DNA from: Octopus sinensis
Taxonomy: Eukaryota
Length of the DNA stretch: 26,426 nucleotides
Assembly (NCBI RefSeq): GCF_006345805.1
Contig: NW_021834757.1
Location: 1-26,426 of the forward strand
Direction of reading: 5' to 3'
Part shown: in pieces, positions 1 through 10,237 of the stretch
How positions within the stretch are numbered: position 1 is the stretch's first letter
Layout of the letters: each line of letters begins with the position of its first letter
Position numbers and translations under genes: made by a program
The notes under the pieces: model-generated
What the model was told of the DNA's origin: nothing
Database searches by the model: none
The model's input: only the letters and a program-made list of their open reading frames with translations

Positions 1-13
1 CAGGAGAGCTTTT

Positions 14-160
14 TTGAAGCCTGCCATTTATTCTATCGCTCGCTTCGCTCTGCCGAAATGCAATATTACGGGAACGAAAACAAACCGACACACTTGTTGC
101 CAAGGGGGGTGTGAGGTTGGGGACAAAACACACACATACACTTACACACACACACACACT

Positions 161-216
<56 letters not shown>

Positions 217-418
217 TATAATATATATATACACATATATATATATATACACATATACGTACACGTGTATACAGGCACACATACACGTGTATGCACATAC
301 ACACACTTATATACGACGGACGTCTTTCAGTTTTCGTCAACCGAGTCCACTAACAAGGCTTTGGTTGGTCCCCAAGCTATTGTACCATGCAATAGTGTGA
401 ACCCTGAAGCGTGTGTTT
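14..418 (-). mobile_element. Degenerate tRNA-derived SINE (family A) with central (CA)/(TA) microsatellite
   Basis: 316-418 is approximately the reverse complement of the SINE head at 481-615 (gtctttcagttttcgtcaaccgagtccactaacaaggc vs ccttgtgagtggatttggtagacggaagcc). 29-128 matches the reverse-complemented 3' body of the family as I recall it from octopus. Confidence 0.75.
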
Positions 419-477
419 GGGAAACAACCTTCTTACCAGACAACTTGCGAGTTATATACATGTATTTACATATACAT

Positions 478-660
478 GAGTGGCTGTGTGGTAAGTAACT
501 TGCTAACCAGCCACATGGTTCCGGGTTCAGTCCCACTGCGTGGCATCTTGAGCAAGTGTCTTCTGCTATAGCCCCGGCCCTTGTGAGTGGATTTGGTAGA
601 CGGAAGCCTGTCGTATATATGTATATATATATGTATGTGTGTGTGTGTGTTTGTGTGCGT
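478..660 (+). mobile_element. tRNA-derived SINE head (family A), 3'-truncated in its microsatellite
   Basis: Pol III A box TGGCTGTGTGG (481-491) and B box GGTTCAGTCCC (524-534), then ttgagcaagtgtcttct, gtagacggaagcctgtcgtatatat and a (TA)/(TG) tract. Homologous heads at ~10556 (-), ~11481 and ~21314. Confidence 0.85.
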
Positions 661-793
661 GTGTGTGTCTGAGTGTGTGTGTGTGTTGGTGTGTGTATGT
701 GTGCGTGTTTGTCTGTGTGTATGGTTTGATGAATAAAAGTCAGGAGGATGGTCGTGGTTGGGTGGTTATTCACTATCACTCAGCACGATCATA
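651..793 (+). repeat. Direct repeat copy 1 (partner 2302-2424)
   Basis: The ~95-bp core gtgcgtgtttgtctgtgtgtatggtttgatgaataaaagtcaggaggatggtcg...gcacgatcata differs from copy 2 at only 2 positions; the upstream gtgtgtgtctgagtgtg segment is also shared. Confidence 0.95.
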
Positions 794-808
794 TATATTA
801 TATATATA

Positions 809-844
<36 letters not shown>

Positions 845-847
845 ACA

Positions 848-1000
848 TTTCTACTAAAGGCCCCTGCCCTAAAATTTCGTGGGTGAGGACTAGTCCCGAA
901 AGTAGACCTTGGCGAAATTTGAACTCAGAGCATAAAAAGTGACGAAATGTCCCTAAGTACTTTGACCGGCGTGCAAACGATTCTGCCGGCTCGCCACCTT
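848..1000 (-). mobile_element. tRNA-derived SINE (family C), internally deleted
   Basis: The minus strand reads aaggtggcgagccggcagaatcgtttgcacg...ctgagttcaaatttcgccaagg, with an A-box-like start and a B box GAGTTCAAATT. Resembles a recalled octopus SINE head. Confidence 0.75.
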
Positions 1001-1025
1001 AATAATAATAATAGTAATAATAATG

Positions 1026-1056
<31 letters not shown>
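1001..1056. repeat. (AAT)n microsatellite
   Basis: Nearly pure aataataat run with two interruptions. Confidence 0.95.
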
Positions 1057-1058
<2 letters not shown>

Positions 1059-1612
1059 GCCCTGATGCAGTACCAGATAGTGGCCCTCATGGCTTCTGAT
1101 CTTAACTGATTGGAAGTGTTATCATGTACAATGTTTTGTCTTGGTATAAAAGACGGACTACAGCAAATATTCTGCTCAATACCACAGATTTGCTTGTCAG
1201 TTGTTTGACCTTAATCAGTTGAGTATGTCCTTTAGTGGCTGACGATATGTGCATCTCTGATCACAAGCAGAAGTAGTGGGGGAGCATCATAGCCGTGTGT
1301 TGAAAGGAATTCTTAGAGGTTTGGAAAATTCACCTTTGGAAACATGGGTGGTTTGTTCAACATCTTTAAACAATCCTTATTCAGGGACCTTTTGAGCGGG
1401 ATTGGCTACTCGACTAGAACAAAATTCTAACTGGGCCCCACCTGCAAGGTCATGCGCTGTTTATCCTGATATGAGATCACCATGTCGCGCACACATGGTT
1501 GTGATGCATGTGCCTAGTGTACCCTTATCAGACGGGTAGTCATGATGGGTATACTGGGCTTCGTATATTTTACTCCAGTGTCACTTTGATGGCATGCATT
1601 GCTCTCTCACTC
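1057..1612. mobile_element. ~560-bp dispersed repeat embedded in an (AAT)n tract
   Basis: Higher-complexity, more GC-rich block sharply bounded by (AAT)n on both sides (1001-1056 and 1613-1635). Recalled as a high-copy octopus repeat; class undetermined. Confidence 0.6.
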
Positions 1613-1635
1613 AATAATAATAGTAATAATAATAA

Positions 1636-1712
1636 ATGTATATATGTGTATATATTATATATATATATATTATATATATATATATATGATATATATATAT
1701 ATATATATACCA

Positions 1713-1747
<35 letters not shown>

Positions 1748-1787
1748 CACATATATAAATGTATATATATTATATATATAATATATA

Positions 1788-1831
<44 letters not shown>

Positions 1832-1861
1832 TATATATATACATAAATAAATATATATATA
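1636..1861. repeat. Interrupted (AT)n microsatellite
   Basis: Direct reading of the sequence. Confidence 0.95.
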
Positions 1862-2301
1862 GAGAGAATAAGATAGATATATAAACTAATACATCTGTTG
1901 TTGTTTACACACCCGTCTTCGTCTTTTGCTTTTTTTTGCAAATTCAAACTATATATATATAGAATGAGATAGAGTCAACAGCACTTGGAAGTATATAGTA
2001 ATACTACCGGTTAATTGGTAATTCTAAGGGTGAACGAGCTCTATTTTGTACTCTGCTGCCTTCCGAACGGAATATACCTTTAATACACACACACACACAC
2101 ACACACACCACACATTAATATTTGTTTTTATGTGAAATTATAATAAAAACAATTACATATAAAACAAAGATAACTCAATTTTTTTGTAGAATATATATTT
2201 AATAAACTTTTAGAGTAAAATGTTGATAGTGACTTCGAAGTTACGGCTTGTTCACCGATGTCACACTTTGTCCATACATGCAAATACACGTGCGCGCGCG
2301 C

Positions 2302-2424
2302 GTGTGCGTGTGTGTGTCTGAGTGTGTGTGTGTGCGTGTTTGTCTGTGTGTATGGTTTGATGAATAAAAGTCAGGAGGATGGTCGCGGTTGGGTGGTTAT
2401 TCACTATCACTCTGCACGATCATA
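2302..2424 (+). repeat. Direct repeat copy 2 (partner 651-793)
   Basis: Near-identical to 651-793 as described for copy 1. Confidence 0.95.
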
Positions 2425-3233
2425 AACGACCAGGAACTCAACAACAATAACAGCAACAGCTTTCAATGTTTTCGATACGGATCAATAAAAATGATATTTT
2501 CTGCTTTAAAATAATCGAACGCTTTTAGAATACAAAAGTTGAGAATATATCAACCATGTCGTGAGTGGAATGTCACGGCAGGAACGACCTGGATACTAAA
2601 TATTCGTGTCACATGACTTATCACTGTTGTAATATGTACTTTACTGAAGAAGTTCAACCAGGCAGAAACATGCTGTCACATATTCGTTATAAAACAGGTC
2701 ACTCACTCCCATCTGCTAAGTTTTTTTTTTCCTTTATTTAAATTGTTGATTTTATTAGAGTTATTTCCCTTCATAATTCTATTTATTTAGAATTTAAGCA
2801 CGATGAGAGGGAGTTTTTGTCTACTGATTGTGTGGACAATTTGAATAATGGAAGATTTTTTTTCTCAGTTCAATCAATTTGAATAAAATATTTGTATTGG
2901 GCATACTAAAGAAATTGTCTATAATTTTAGAAGGGGTAGTCGTGGGATGGAGCGGTGGGTGCTGGTAGGGAAAAGGGGGTTTAAATATATTTCAGATTTC
3001 CTAAAATAATAAATCGTGAGAAATTGTCCATATTTGTGGTCCGTGACAGGAATGGTGAGGAGGAGGAGGAGGAGGAGGAAGGGATACTGTGGCAGTAAGG
3101 TGTGTGTGTGTGTGAGTGTTTATGTATGTGTACGTGGGGGGGGGTTAAATGTTTCAAACTCTTGGAGTAAACACTTCAAAGTGGACAAAATAAAACATAC
3201 ACATATGTACCCTCATACATACATACATACACC

Positions 3234-3265
<32 letters not shown>

Positions 3266-4461
3266 CATAGAACTATATGAATGTGCATAAAAATATATGG
3301 TAGTGTGTATTTGTGTGCATGTCTTTGATAATATATGTGCACGTTTGTGTGCATAAATATATCTATGTTTGTGAATGTATAAATGAGTATAAACGTTATA
3401 TATATATATACACCCAAACACACACACACACACATGCGTATTCATTTACATATATACATATTTATACACACACACACTCATGTAAAGAAAGAAACAATAA
3501 ATATATATAAGGTAGTATAAATAACACAAAATACATTAGTAAAGTATCAAACAGCCAGGAACAACGACAACAACAGCAAGTAGAAGATGAGTTTGTTTAC
3601 ATAAGTGGTTTCCTGTCTAACAACCACCATCTCTATATAACGTACGTGTCTTTCTACTTCTCTAATGTACCTGGCTACCATTCCACACACACACACACAC
3701 ACGCGCAACTGAGCATACGTTACAGTTTCATTGACTTAGTCAAAACCACCACCACCACCACCACCACCACCACCGCCATCATCATCATCGCCTTTCCCTT
3801 ATCTTCTCGTTTCACTCACATCTAATGTCTTTGTCGCTGTCCTTTTATTTCCCTGGCTTTTATTTAATTACTCTCACTCGTTATTTTCATTACGTCCCAG
3901 CTAACACATTATATATCATTGCGTAGACAATGTGCGTATACATACATGCATACAAACATACATACACACTATATATATGTGTGTATGCGTGTGTGCATGT
4001 ACGTATTTCTGTATGTTAATATATGCATATATATGGACACATATTCATACATATATATATATATATATATACTCATGAATGTGTGTGCATATAAACGCAC
4101 GCACAGACGCAAACCTTTATTTATACAATTCCTGTTATAACTTCCCACAGCAATTCTAATAACTCACTTTAATAACTTACTGCGATTATTATAATAAACT
4201 CACAAATTGTAATATTTGACAATGACCAACAGACAGACTTGATGTAAGAATCGTACAGATAATTCAGGGTTGCTTCAGCATGGCCATAATAATGATCACA
4301 TGTTTGCAACAATGGCTACATGTGAGTATCACAATGACGACATTGGTAGAGTCATGTCCACATGTTGATTAAACAATGACTATTCGGATATTACACGAAC
4401 CACATGTCTGTGGTATCAGTCACATGCTTCTCGATATCAAGCACGTTGCACACACTGGGAA

Positions 4462-4743
4462 GGCGCAAAGTGGTTTAGTGGTCAGGGTGTCCGGCTCACG
4501 ATTGTCACTTGCAGACCTGGAGGCACGTTGTGCCATTCAGCAAAACGCTTTATTTTACATTGCTTCAATCCACTCAGCTAGCAACAACACTTTCTGTGTC
4601 ACGTTGGATCTCCCTGAGAACTACTTTAAGGCTACGCATGTCTGTGGAGTGCTCAACTGCTTGCACGTTAATTTCACGAGCAAGCTGTTCCGTTGATCGG
4701 ATCCACTGGAATACTCGTCGTCGTAACCGACGGAGAGCCAGTT
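4462..4743 (+). mobile_element. tRNA-derived SINE (family B), near full length and diverged
   Basis: A box TGGTTTAGTGG (4471-4481). The body ctgagaactactttaaggctacgcatgtctgtggagtgctc... is homologous to 14533-14603, and the head/core is homologous to 11826-11931 on the minus strand. Confidence 0.8.
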
Positions 4744-5185
4744 TATATCGCATACACACACCTTACTCATAGGCACGCACATACATGCATCCATCCATCC
4801 ATACATCAGTTTATGTATTTAGTATTAATCAAAATCTGTCTTTCCACAAGCAGTCAGAATTACGATGAGATTTTTGTGAAGTGTCCTGGTAGCGGTGATA
4901 GTTACTCCCAAATGAGACACCTCAGTAGCTAATCCTTACAGAATTTAGAGAAACGCCTTCTTTGAGGCATTGTTCTCCCATATATAATGCCACCCCCCCT
5001 TCTCAGAGAGGAATCAGCGGTAACTGTACGAGAACAGAGATATATTCAACCAGGTTTTAAAAAACTGCCCAAGATACGCTGTATGTCAAGGTGGCGACCC
5101 TATCAAATCCAACAGGAATTAAAAGCCGAAGACAAATTCAGGCAGATTTAAAGGAATATTATGGAACATAAAGATCCTCTATAAA

Positions 5186-5385
5186 TGTTCTTTAGGTCTT
5201 AGGTCGGCCATATTTAAGCAGTCATTTTGAGGAATGACGTTCCAGCTTTGATCACCCAATCGGTTTTGTTTTTAGGCACCTAATAGACAGAGATTCACAT
5301 TATCCAACGTGTTTTCTTAAGACAGTAGGATGTTATTTTGAGGGAAATTTAGCTACTATTTTTATCATATCGGTCGATCACCTGT
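5186..5385 (+). mobile_element. Dispersed repeat family D, degenerate copy
   Basis: Starts tgttctttaggtcttaggtcggcc like 8435 (ttgtttagccctaggtcagc) and carries ggaaatttagctactattttta, the reverse complement of the tgctagaaatagcaaccaaatct-type motif of the copies at 10876 and 12486. Confidence 0.55.
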
Positions 5386-5437
5386 CGTTCGCCCACATAC
5401 TCAAATTTTTAATTACTATTTCACTCCTACCCTAGAG

Positions 5438-5756
5438 TGTCCATTTTTTGCTACTAACATGGTAACCCATTCCCAAAGCTGTCCCGGCTCCCTAGTTTTG
5501 TTGTGACTTCTTCCTTTGCACTAGTTGCTACGCCGCTGACCCGGCCACACTGACATCAGACAGGACACCAGTTCGTCTCAAGCTTCTGTCACAACAGCTG
5601 AACAGTCAAAGCCTTACATTGCTTTACATCACTAAACAAGACTAATTTACATACGTAACTAATCATTAATTTAATCCACCCTTTTCACCATTCTTACCCA
5701 TCCCACCCTTGTATTTTCTCCAAAATACAAATAAATAAAGGGGTTATTTCTTTACA
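5438..5756 (+). mobile_element. LTR-like segment (TGT...ACA) adjacent to the Gypsy remnant
   Basis: Begins TGT and ends TTACA, with AATAAA x2 at 5730-5739 just before the end. No matching TSD, partner LTR or PBS found. Confidence 0.25.
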
Positions 5757-5829
5757 ATATCTGCTGACTTAGAGACAGATAGATAGAAAAAGTTCCACAC
5801 GATGTTATTTTGGAAGAAATGAGATTATA

Positions 5830-7200
5830 GATTGTTAGTTATTGAAAACTAAACAATGCCGGTCCATATGTGTAGCACCAGAGAAGTTGATGAAATCCTT
5901 GTAAGCTGACAGGTAGATTGTTATCATGTAATCTGTATAAATGTCGCCCTAAAAGGACATCAATGAGACCAGACGGGTATTTATATAAGCAGCTTGTATA
6001 GAGTCGGAAACTGTATGTTGGTGTAGGTTCACAGGCCAGTGAGTAAATACAAAGGTGTTTAGATGTCAGGTGGGTGGAGCTTTTGATGGCTTTAGGAAGC
6101 AAAACTGGTTTACTGGAACAAATAATAAATAAAGACTGCATTATGGAAGACGAAAGGGCTTTAGTCCCCTAAACTAATAAGGAAACGGACGAACAAATAT
6201 GACGGTTGTAATTTAGTAAATAAATGCGATCCATGAAATTGGTTAAGGCGTCAATAATGAAAGGAGTTGATTAAATGAATGAGGTGATGTCAAGTAGTAC
6301 TAAATGAATCGGTGATTAATTTAGAGGGAGAAAATAACAAAACCTTGTGAACCCATTAAAATGCCATTAAACCACTTAGGCAACAATATATTGTTAACCC
6401 ATTAAAATGATTGATCAAGAGAACTGGTAAGGAATGATTTGAAGTTCTAAAGATACTGAATAGAAATCAATTATATTTGATTGTTTGTGACTAGGGAGGG
6501 GTTCAGTCAAGTGAAATGAGTCGGATTCGTGTCACGAGAGCTGCAAAAATTGCTTGATTTTAACGTGAAAAGTGGAAAACATCAGTATGATGTTTGATCT
6601 CTGATTATAGATTGATATATTTTAGGGTGAGATGATGCGATACCAGCTGTAATCTACGGCATTAGTTAGAGGCAATAAATATGTATGTAACAGCAAATCA
6701 TGACAGTATTTCTCTGTGACCAACTTTCTTCAATCTTGCAGCCAGGAAATAATGGGTAAAACTAACGCTGAAGTCATGTTCTACTACAAGTATATATATA
6801 TATATATATGAGTACATCAATACAGATGAGTACATCAATACAATATCAGATTGAGTACATTGAGGTATGTGAAGAGAAACTGTTGTGAGTACAGTCAAGA
6901 TTAATTTTCGAAAAGTCTTTAAAAAGATGCGTGAATACATTTAGGACAAAAAATACACCTGCAGGACTTGTGGGCAGATGAAAGGCGAGAGGAAGCGTTT
7001 GTGGAAACACGAAAGATACCACTTGGAGGTGAATAGTCGATGAGGGGCAAGTCAATAACCTTCAGGACCATTGGGCATATATTAAGAACAAGGGATCATT
7101 GCAAGGATTAGTGGAAACTTGTAGGAAAAGTGAACAGCCTAAGGAGTTGCCAGTATATTGTGAAACTGAATGAATACATTACATAGGAGGAGGTGGGAAG
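5830..7200 (+). pseudogene. Highly decayed Ty3/Gypsy pol remnant (RNase H end, integrase zinc finger, core and C-terminus)
   Basis: Manual + strand translation through stops gives motifs in pol order. QCRSICVAPEKL (~5854) resembles RNase H 'E.LAIV...EKF'. KDCIMEDERALVP (6131-6169) resembles 'DG..MKG.RIVIP'. LNRNQLYLIVCD..SEMS (~6456) resembles integrase 'NG..YL.IVDYYS...V..M'. LISDYRLIYF (~6595) resembles 'LVSDNGPQF'. WKLVGKV..RSCQYIVKL (~7112) resembles the integrase C-terminus. Confidence 0.55.
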
Positions 7201-7493
7201 TATTCTAAAATAAAACATTAATGGATAACGTTTATAATGAGTGGGTAGGGCTATACGAACAGTTAATCTGACGAGATAGTTTAAACCGGTTAGAACAATA
7301 AGGTTTAGTTCAATAAGACACATATATTAATTATCAATAATTAATGCAACTTTTAGCCTATAGGAGTAAGAATATATATAAAGAAACTTTGGAAGCGTTG
7401 AATGTTGTTTGTATTTTGCAGGCAAGAAAGTAAATTTCGAATGCAGTAAAGCTGTAAGAACTGCAGAGAAGGACTGGACGTTTACCCTTATAA

Positions 7494-7506
7494 AACATAT
7501 GGATAT

Positions 7507-7580
<74 letters not shown>

Positions 7581-7622
7581 ATATGTATATATATATAATA
7601 TATATATATATTATATATATAT

Positions 7623-7658
<36 letters not shown>

Positions 7659-7667
7659 ATATGTATA

Positions 7668-7740
<73 letters not shown>

Positions 7741-7808
7741 GTGCGTGTGTGTGTACATACGTATGTATGCATATATGAATGTATATATATATAGAATGTA
7801 TATATATA

Positions 7809-7849
<41 letters not shown>
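7494..7849. repeat. Long interrupted (AT)n microsatellite (~350 bp)
   Basis: Direct reading; source of the YIYI ORFs on both strands. Confidence 0.97.
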
Positions 7850-7851
<2 letters not shown>

Positions 7852-8431
7852 AAACTTCAAGTTTTATACACAATTATGGGATTTAACTGTTATTTCATTT
7901 ACCGGAGATCTATTTACCTGTTAATGACACAAACTTCTAAACCAATCATTGCATGCTTTCCATTTCAATAGAATTCTTATTGAATGTCTGAGCAACTTGA
8001 ATATTTGTATTTTTTTGCTATCACTAGATGTGAATATTTCCTTTCTTTGCGATGTGTTCAATAAATATTAAACTAATGTCCTGTGGAGTTCTTGTTGTAG
8101 ATGGCGGCTATTATCACATTTAGGTTCATAGTAAATAACTCCAAGAAAAATCAAACGCTTATTCACCAGAAGAGTTTTTTTTTCTTTTTCGGTTCTTTGG
8201 TAAGTCTAAATCATTAGTTTTATATATGAAAGAATTTAGTTATAAAGCTAATTAGCAGCCTTTTGGCTAATTACTCTTTTAAATATTTATCATCAAACAA
8301 TATTACACGACCAAACAATTCATAAATCTAACAAAACAACATTAACCCAAATGAAATATCGAGATACCTCGATCTATTTCGAAAACAACCGAACGTCAAA
8401 CAGTGCACAACGCTTATTGATCTTGACCGTT

Positions 8432-8600
8432 TGCTTGTTTAGCCCTAGGTCAGCGCTGACCATGGAGAACTATGACCAAAGAGACGTTTTCATATATCTA
8501 GGACTATATAGCTCAATGTTCCTTCCTATGATTTGAGCAGGTATGATATGATTTGGACGAGATTCGACTGCTTTTTCTAGCATGTGGAACCATCAGATGC
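8432..8600 (+). mobile_element. Dispersed repeat family D copy
   Basis: ttgtttagccctaggtcagcgctgacc...gagattcgactgctttttctagca; homologous to 5186-5385 and, in reverse, to 10864-11066 and 12486-12660. Confidence 0.6.
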
Positions 8601-8993
8601 TCTGTCACTGCTTAGTTTGGAGACGCTTCCAAACGATTTAACAAATGATTGCAACAAATGTTCATTAGTGATTTCAGACTGTGTACTAATGACTTCAACT
8701 AATTTCTACATAAAGGTCAACAACATTAATTAATTTTTTAAAAAATACAACAACAAACAACAACATAAAAACATAGAATTAGTCTTTTAGTTTCAGTAAA
8801 AAAGAAAAGTCTTTCATACAGACACAATATTTAATATTTAATTAATGGCATTATAATTATGGTATTTGTCATTAGAAAGTGGGGGTTAAGTTAGCACTTC
8901 AGGTCATATTTGTTATCTAAAAATAGTCCTTGTTCATACAAAAGGGGGGGTCGGTATAGAAATTGGCGCTCATTTTCTTTCCTTTTTTTTTAG

Positions 8994-9149
8994 AGTCCAG
9001 AGCAAATAATCGATCTGTTGAGTCAACTCCATGTTGCTGTTGAAGCCCAGCAAACAGTCCTTGTCTCTTGTAGACAAACTGATGCCAACCAAATGTTAAC
9101 CTTCGCAGCCAATGAAAACAAAACCAACAAAACAAACAATTATCTCTGA
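8994..9149 (+). CDS. Candidate terminal coding exon, product unknown (SPEQIIDLLSQLHVAVEAQQTVLVSCRQTDANQMLTFAANENKTNKTNNYL*)
   Basis: Strong acceptor cattttctttcctttttttttag (AG 8992-8993) immediately followed by 51 open codons and TGA at 9147-9149. No homology recognised. Confidence 0.25.
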   Translation, partial: SPEQIIDLLSQLHVAVEAQQTVLVSCRQTDANQMLTFAANENKTNKTNNYL

Positions 9150-9381
9150 AAGTAAAGTAATTTTCCACACATGTTACCTGGATTTAAGATATACAAGACC
9201 TTTGGAACGGCGGGTGAGGAGATAGGGGGCATCTAACAGGGGAAGTCTTCATCATTGTAGAGAGATAAACGAAGTCATTGTCAAGAATTTGATGTATTTT
9301 CCATAGAAAAATAACGTGAGAAAGAAACGAAAGAAATGTTATTGATTTTAAAGAAGATCCATCAGTTATTTTAATGGCTTA

Positions 9382-10237
9382 CAGGGTGTTCCCGTTAAAA
9401 GTGATGATTTTTTGTGTCTTCTTTTTACAGGAACAGCTTGATAAATTGGCGGACGGTCAGCGACGTTGGAGGATATAAAGATTAAAATTGTAGTTGGGGA
9501 AAAAATAGCTGACATGAAGGATCTGAACATTGGCAAAGAGTTACTTGTATCATGGCAATTCGCGCTGCTCAATCCTCTCTGAACACTATAAAGGCTGTAA
9601 CACGTGACATGGACATCATAAAAATCAAGTTCCCCCAAAATTGTGATGGTCTTTGGGTGTGTCTCCAGCAAGGGTGATTTCATGCCACCCCACGTCTTTG
9701 AACAGGGCCTTAGGCTCAATTCAGAGGATGAAATGAAGCTGTTGGAGACTGTGGCCAAACCCTGGCTGGAGAAGGTTGGTACTGGAAGAACATATGCGTG
9801 GCAGCAAGATTTGCCTTCTTGCCATACTTCTGGAAAGAATCAGAAGTGGCTGTCAGAGAATTTCTGCGACTTCAACAGCCCCAGTTTCTGGCCTCCTGAT
9901 CGCAGCGATTGCAATCGCATGGATTATTATGTGTGGAGCGGGATTGAGAAAGATCCTAACTGCTCAGCCAGCAATACCAAGGCCGAGCTGGTGACCAAAG
10001 TCAAAGAAGTGTTCAAAGTCCTTCTCAGGAACACAGTGAGGTACGCATTCGCCAGGCTCTGGAGACATCTTGAGGTCACCCAGGATGGAAGCTGAGGGCA
10101 GCTACTTTGAATAAACTGTTATCTCCCAACCATAATCCAGTTGATGTTGCTTTTTTAATTTCTATACTTTCATTTTTGGATGAGATGTTGTTTCCTTTTC
10201 TTCTTTATGCAGTGTCAAATTTGGCCCGAATACCCTG
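9382..10237 (+). mobile_element. Tc1/mariner DD37D (maT-type) DNA transposon, internally deleted
   Basis: Imperfect TIRs CAGGGTGTTCCCGTTAAAAGTGA (9382) and reverse complement CAGGGTATTCGGGCCAAATTTGA (ends 10237). TA on the left and TTA on the right flank; contains a transposase remnant. Confidence 0.9.
9643..10095 (+). pseudogene. maT/DD37D transposase C-terminal catalytic domain remnant
   Basis: MMVFGCVSSKG...WQQDLPSCHTS...FWPPDRSDCNRMDYYVW matches the Tc1/mariner motifs VMVW, QQD.A..H and WPP.SPDLNP.D. I count 37 residues between the second and third catalytic Asp. The first Asp and most of the HTH region are deleted. Confidence 0.92.

Noticed and set aside
478-560. tRNA gene
   Set aside because: A and B boxes are present, but there is no cloverleaf, acceptor stem or oligo-T terminator, and the sequence continues into SINE body.
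1235-1310. Hammerhead ribozyme suggested by CTGACGA at ~1239
   Set aside because: No stem II followed by GAAA at the required spacing.
4376-4772. Overlapping ORFs of 106, 87 and 61 aa
   Set aside because: They lie over a SINE family B copy; the same translation recurs at 14337-14618 because of the repeat.
5839-6141. Minus-strand 100-aa ORF as a GIY-YIG or other gene
   Set aside because: No motif found; better explained as the antisense of the decayed + strand Gypsy pol.
7409-7460. Short exon after ttgtttgtattttgcag with donor gtaaga
   Set aside because: About 30 nt, with no homology and no compatible neighbouring exon.
9178-9232. Minus-strand 55-nt exon (acceptor at 9233, donor CAG|GTAACA)
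   Set aside because: Splice signals are plausible, but there is no partner exon or recognisable peptide; expected by chance in 26 kb.
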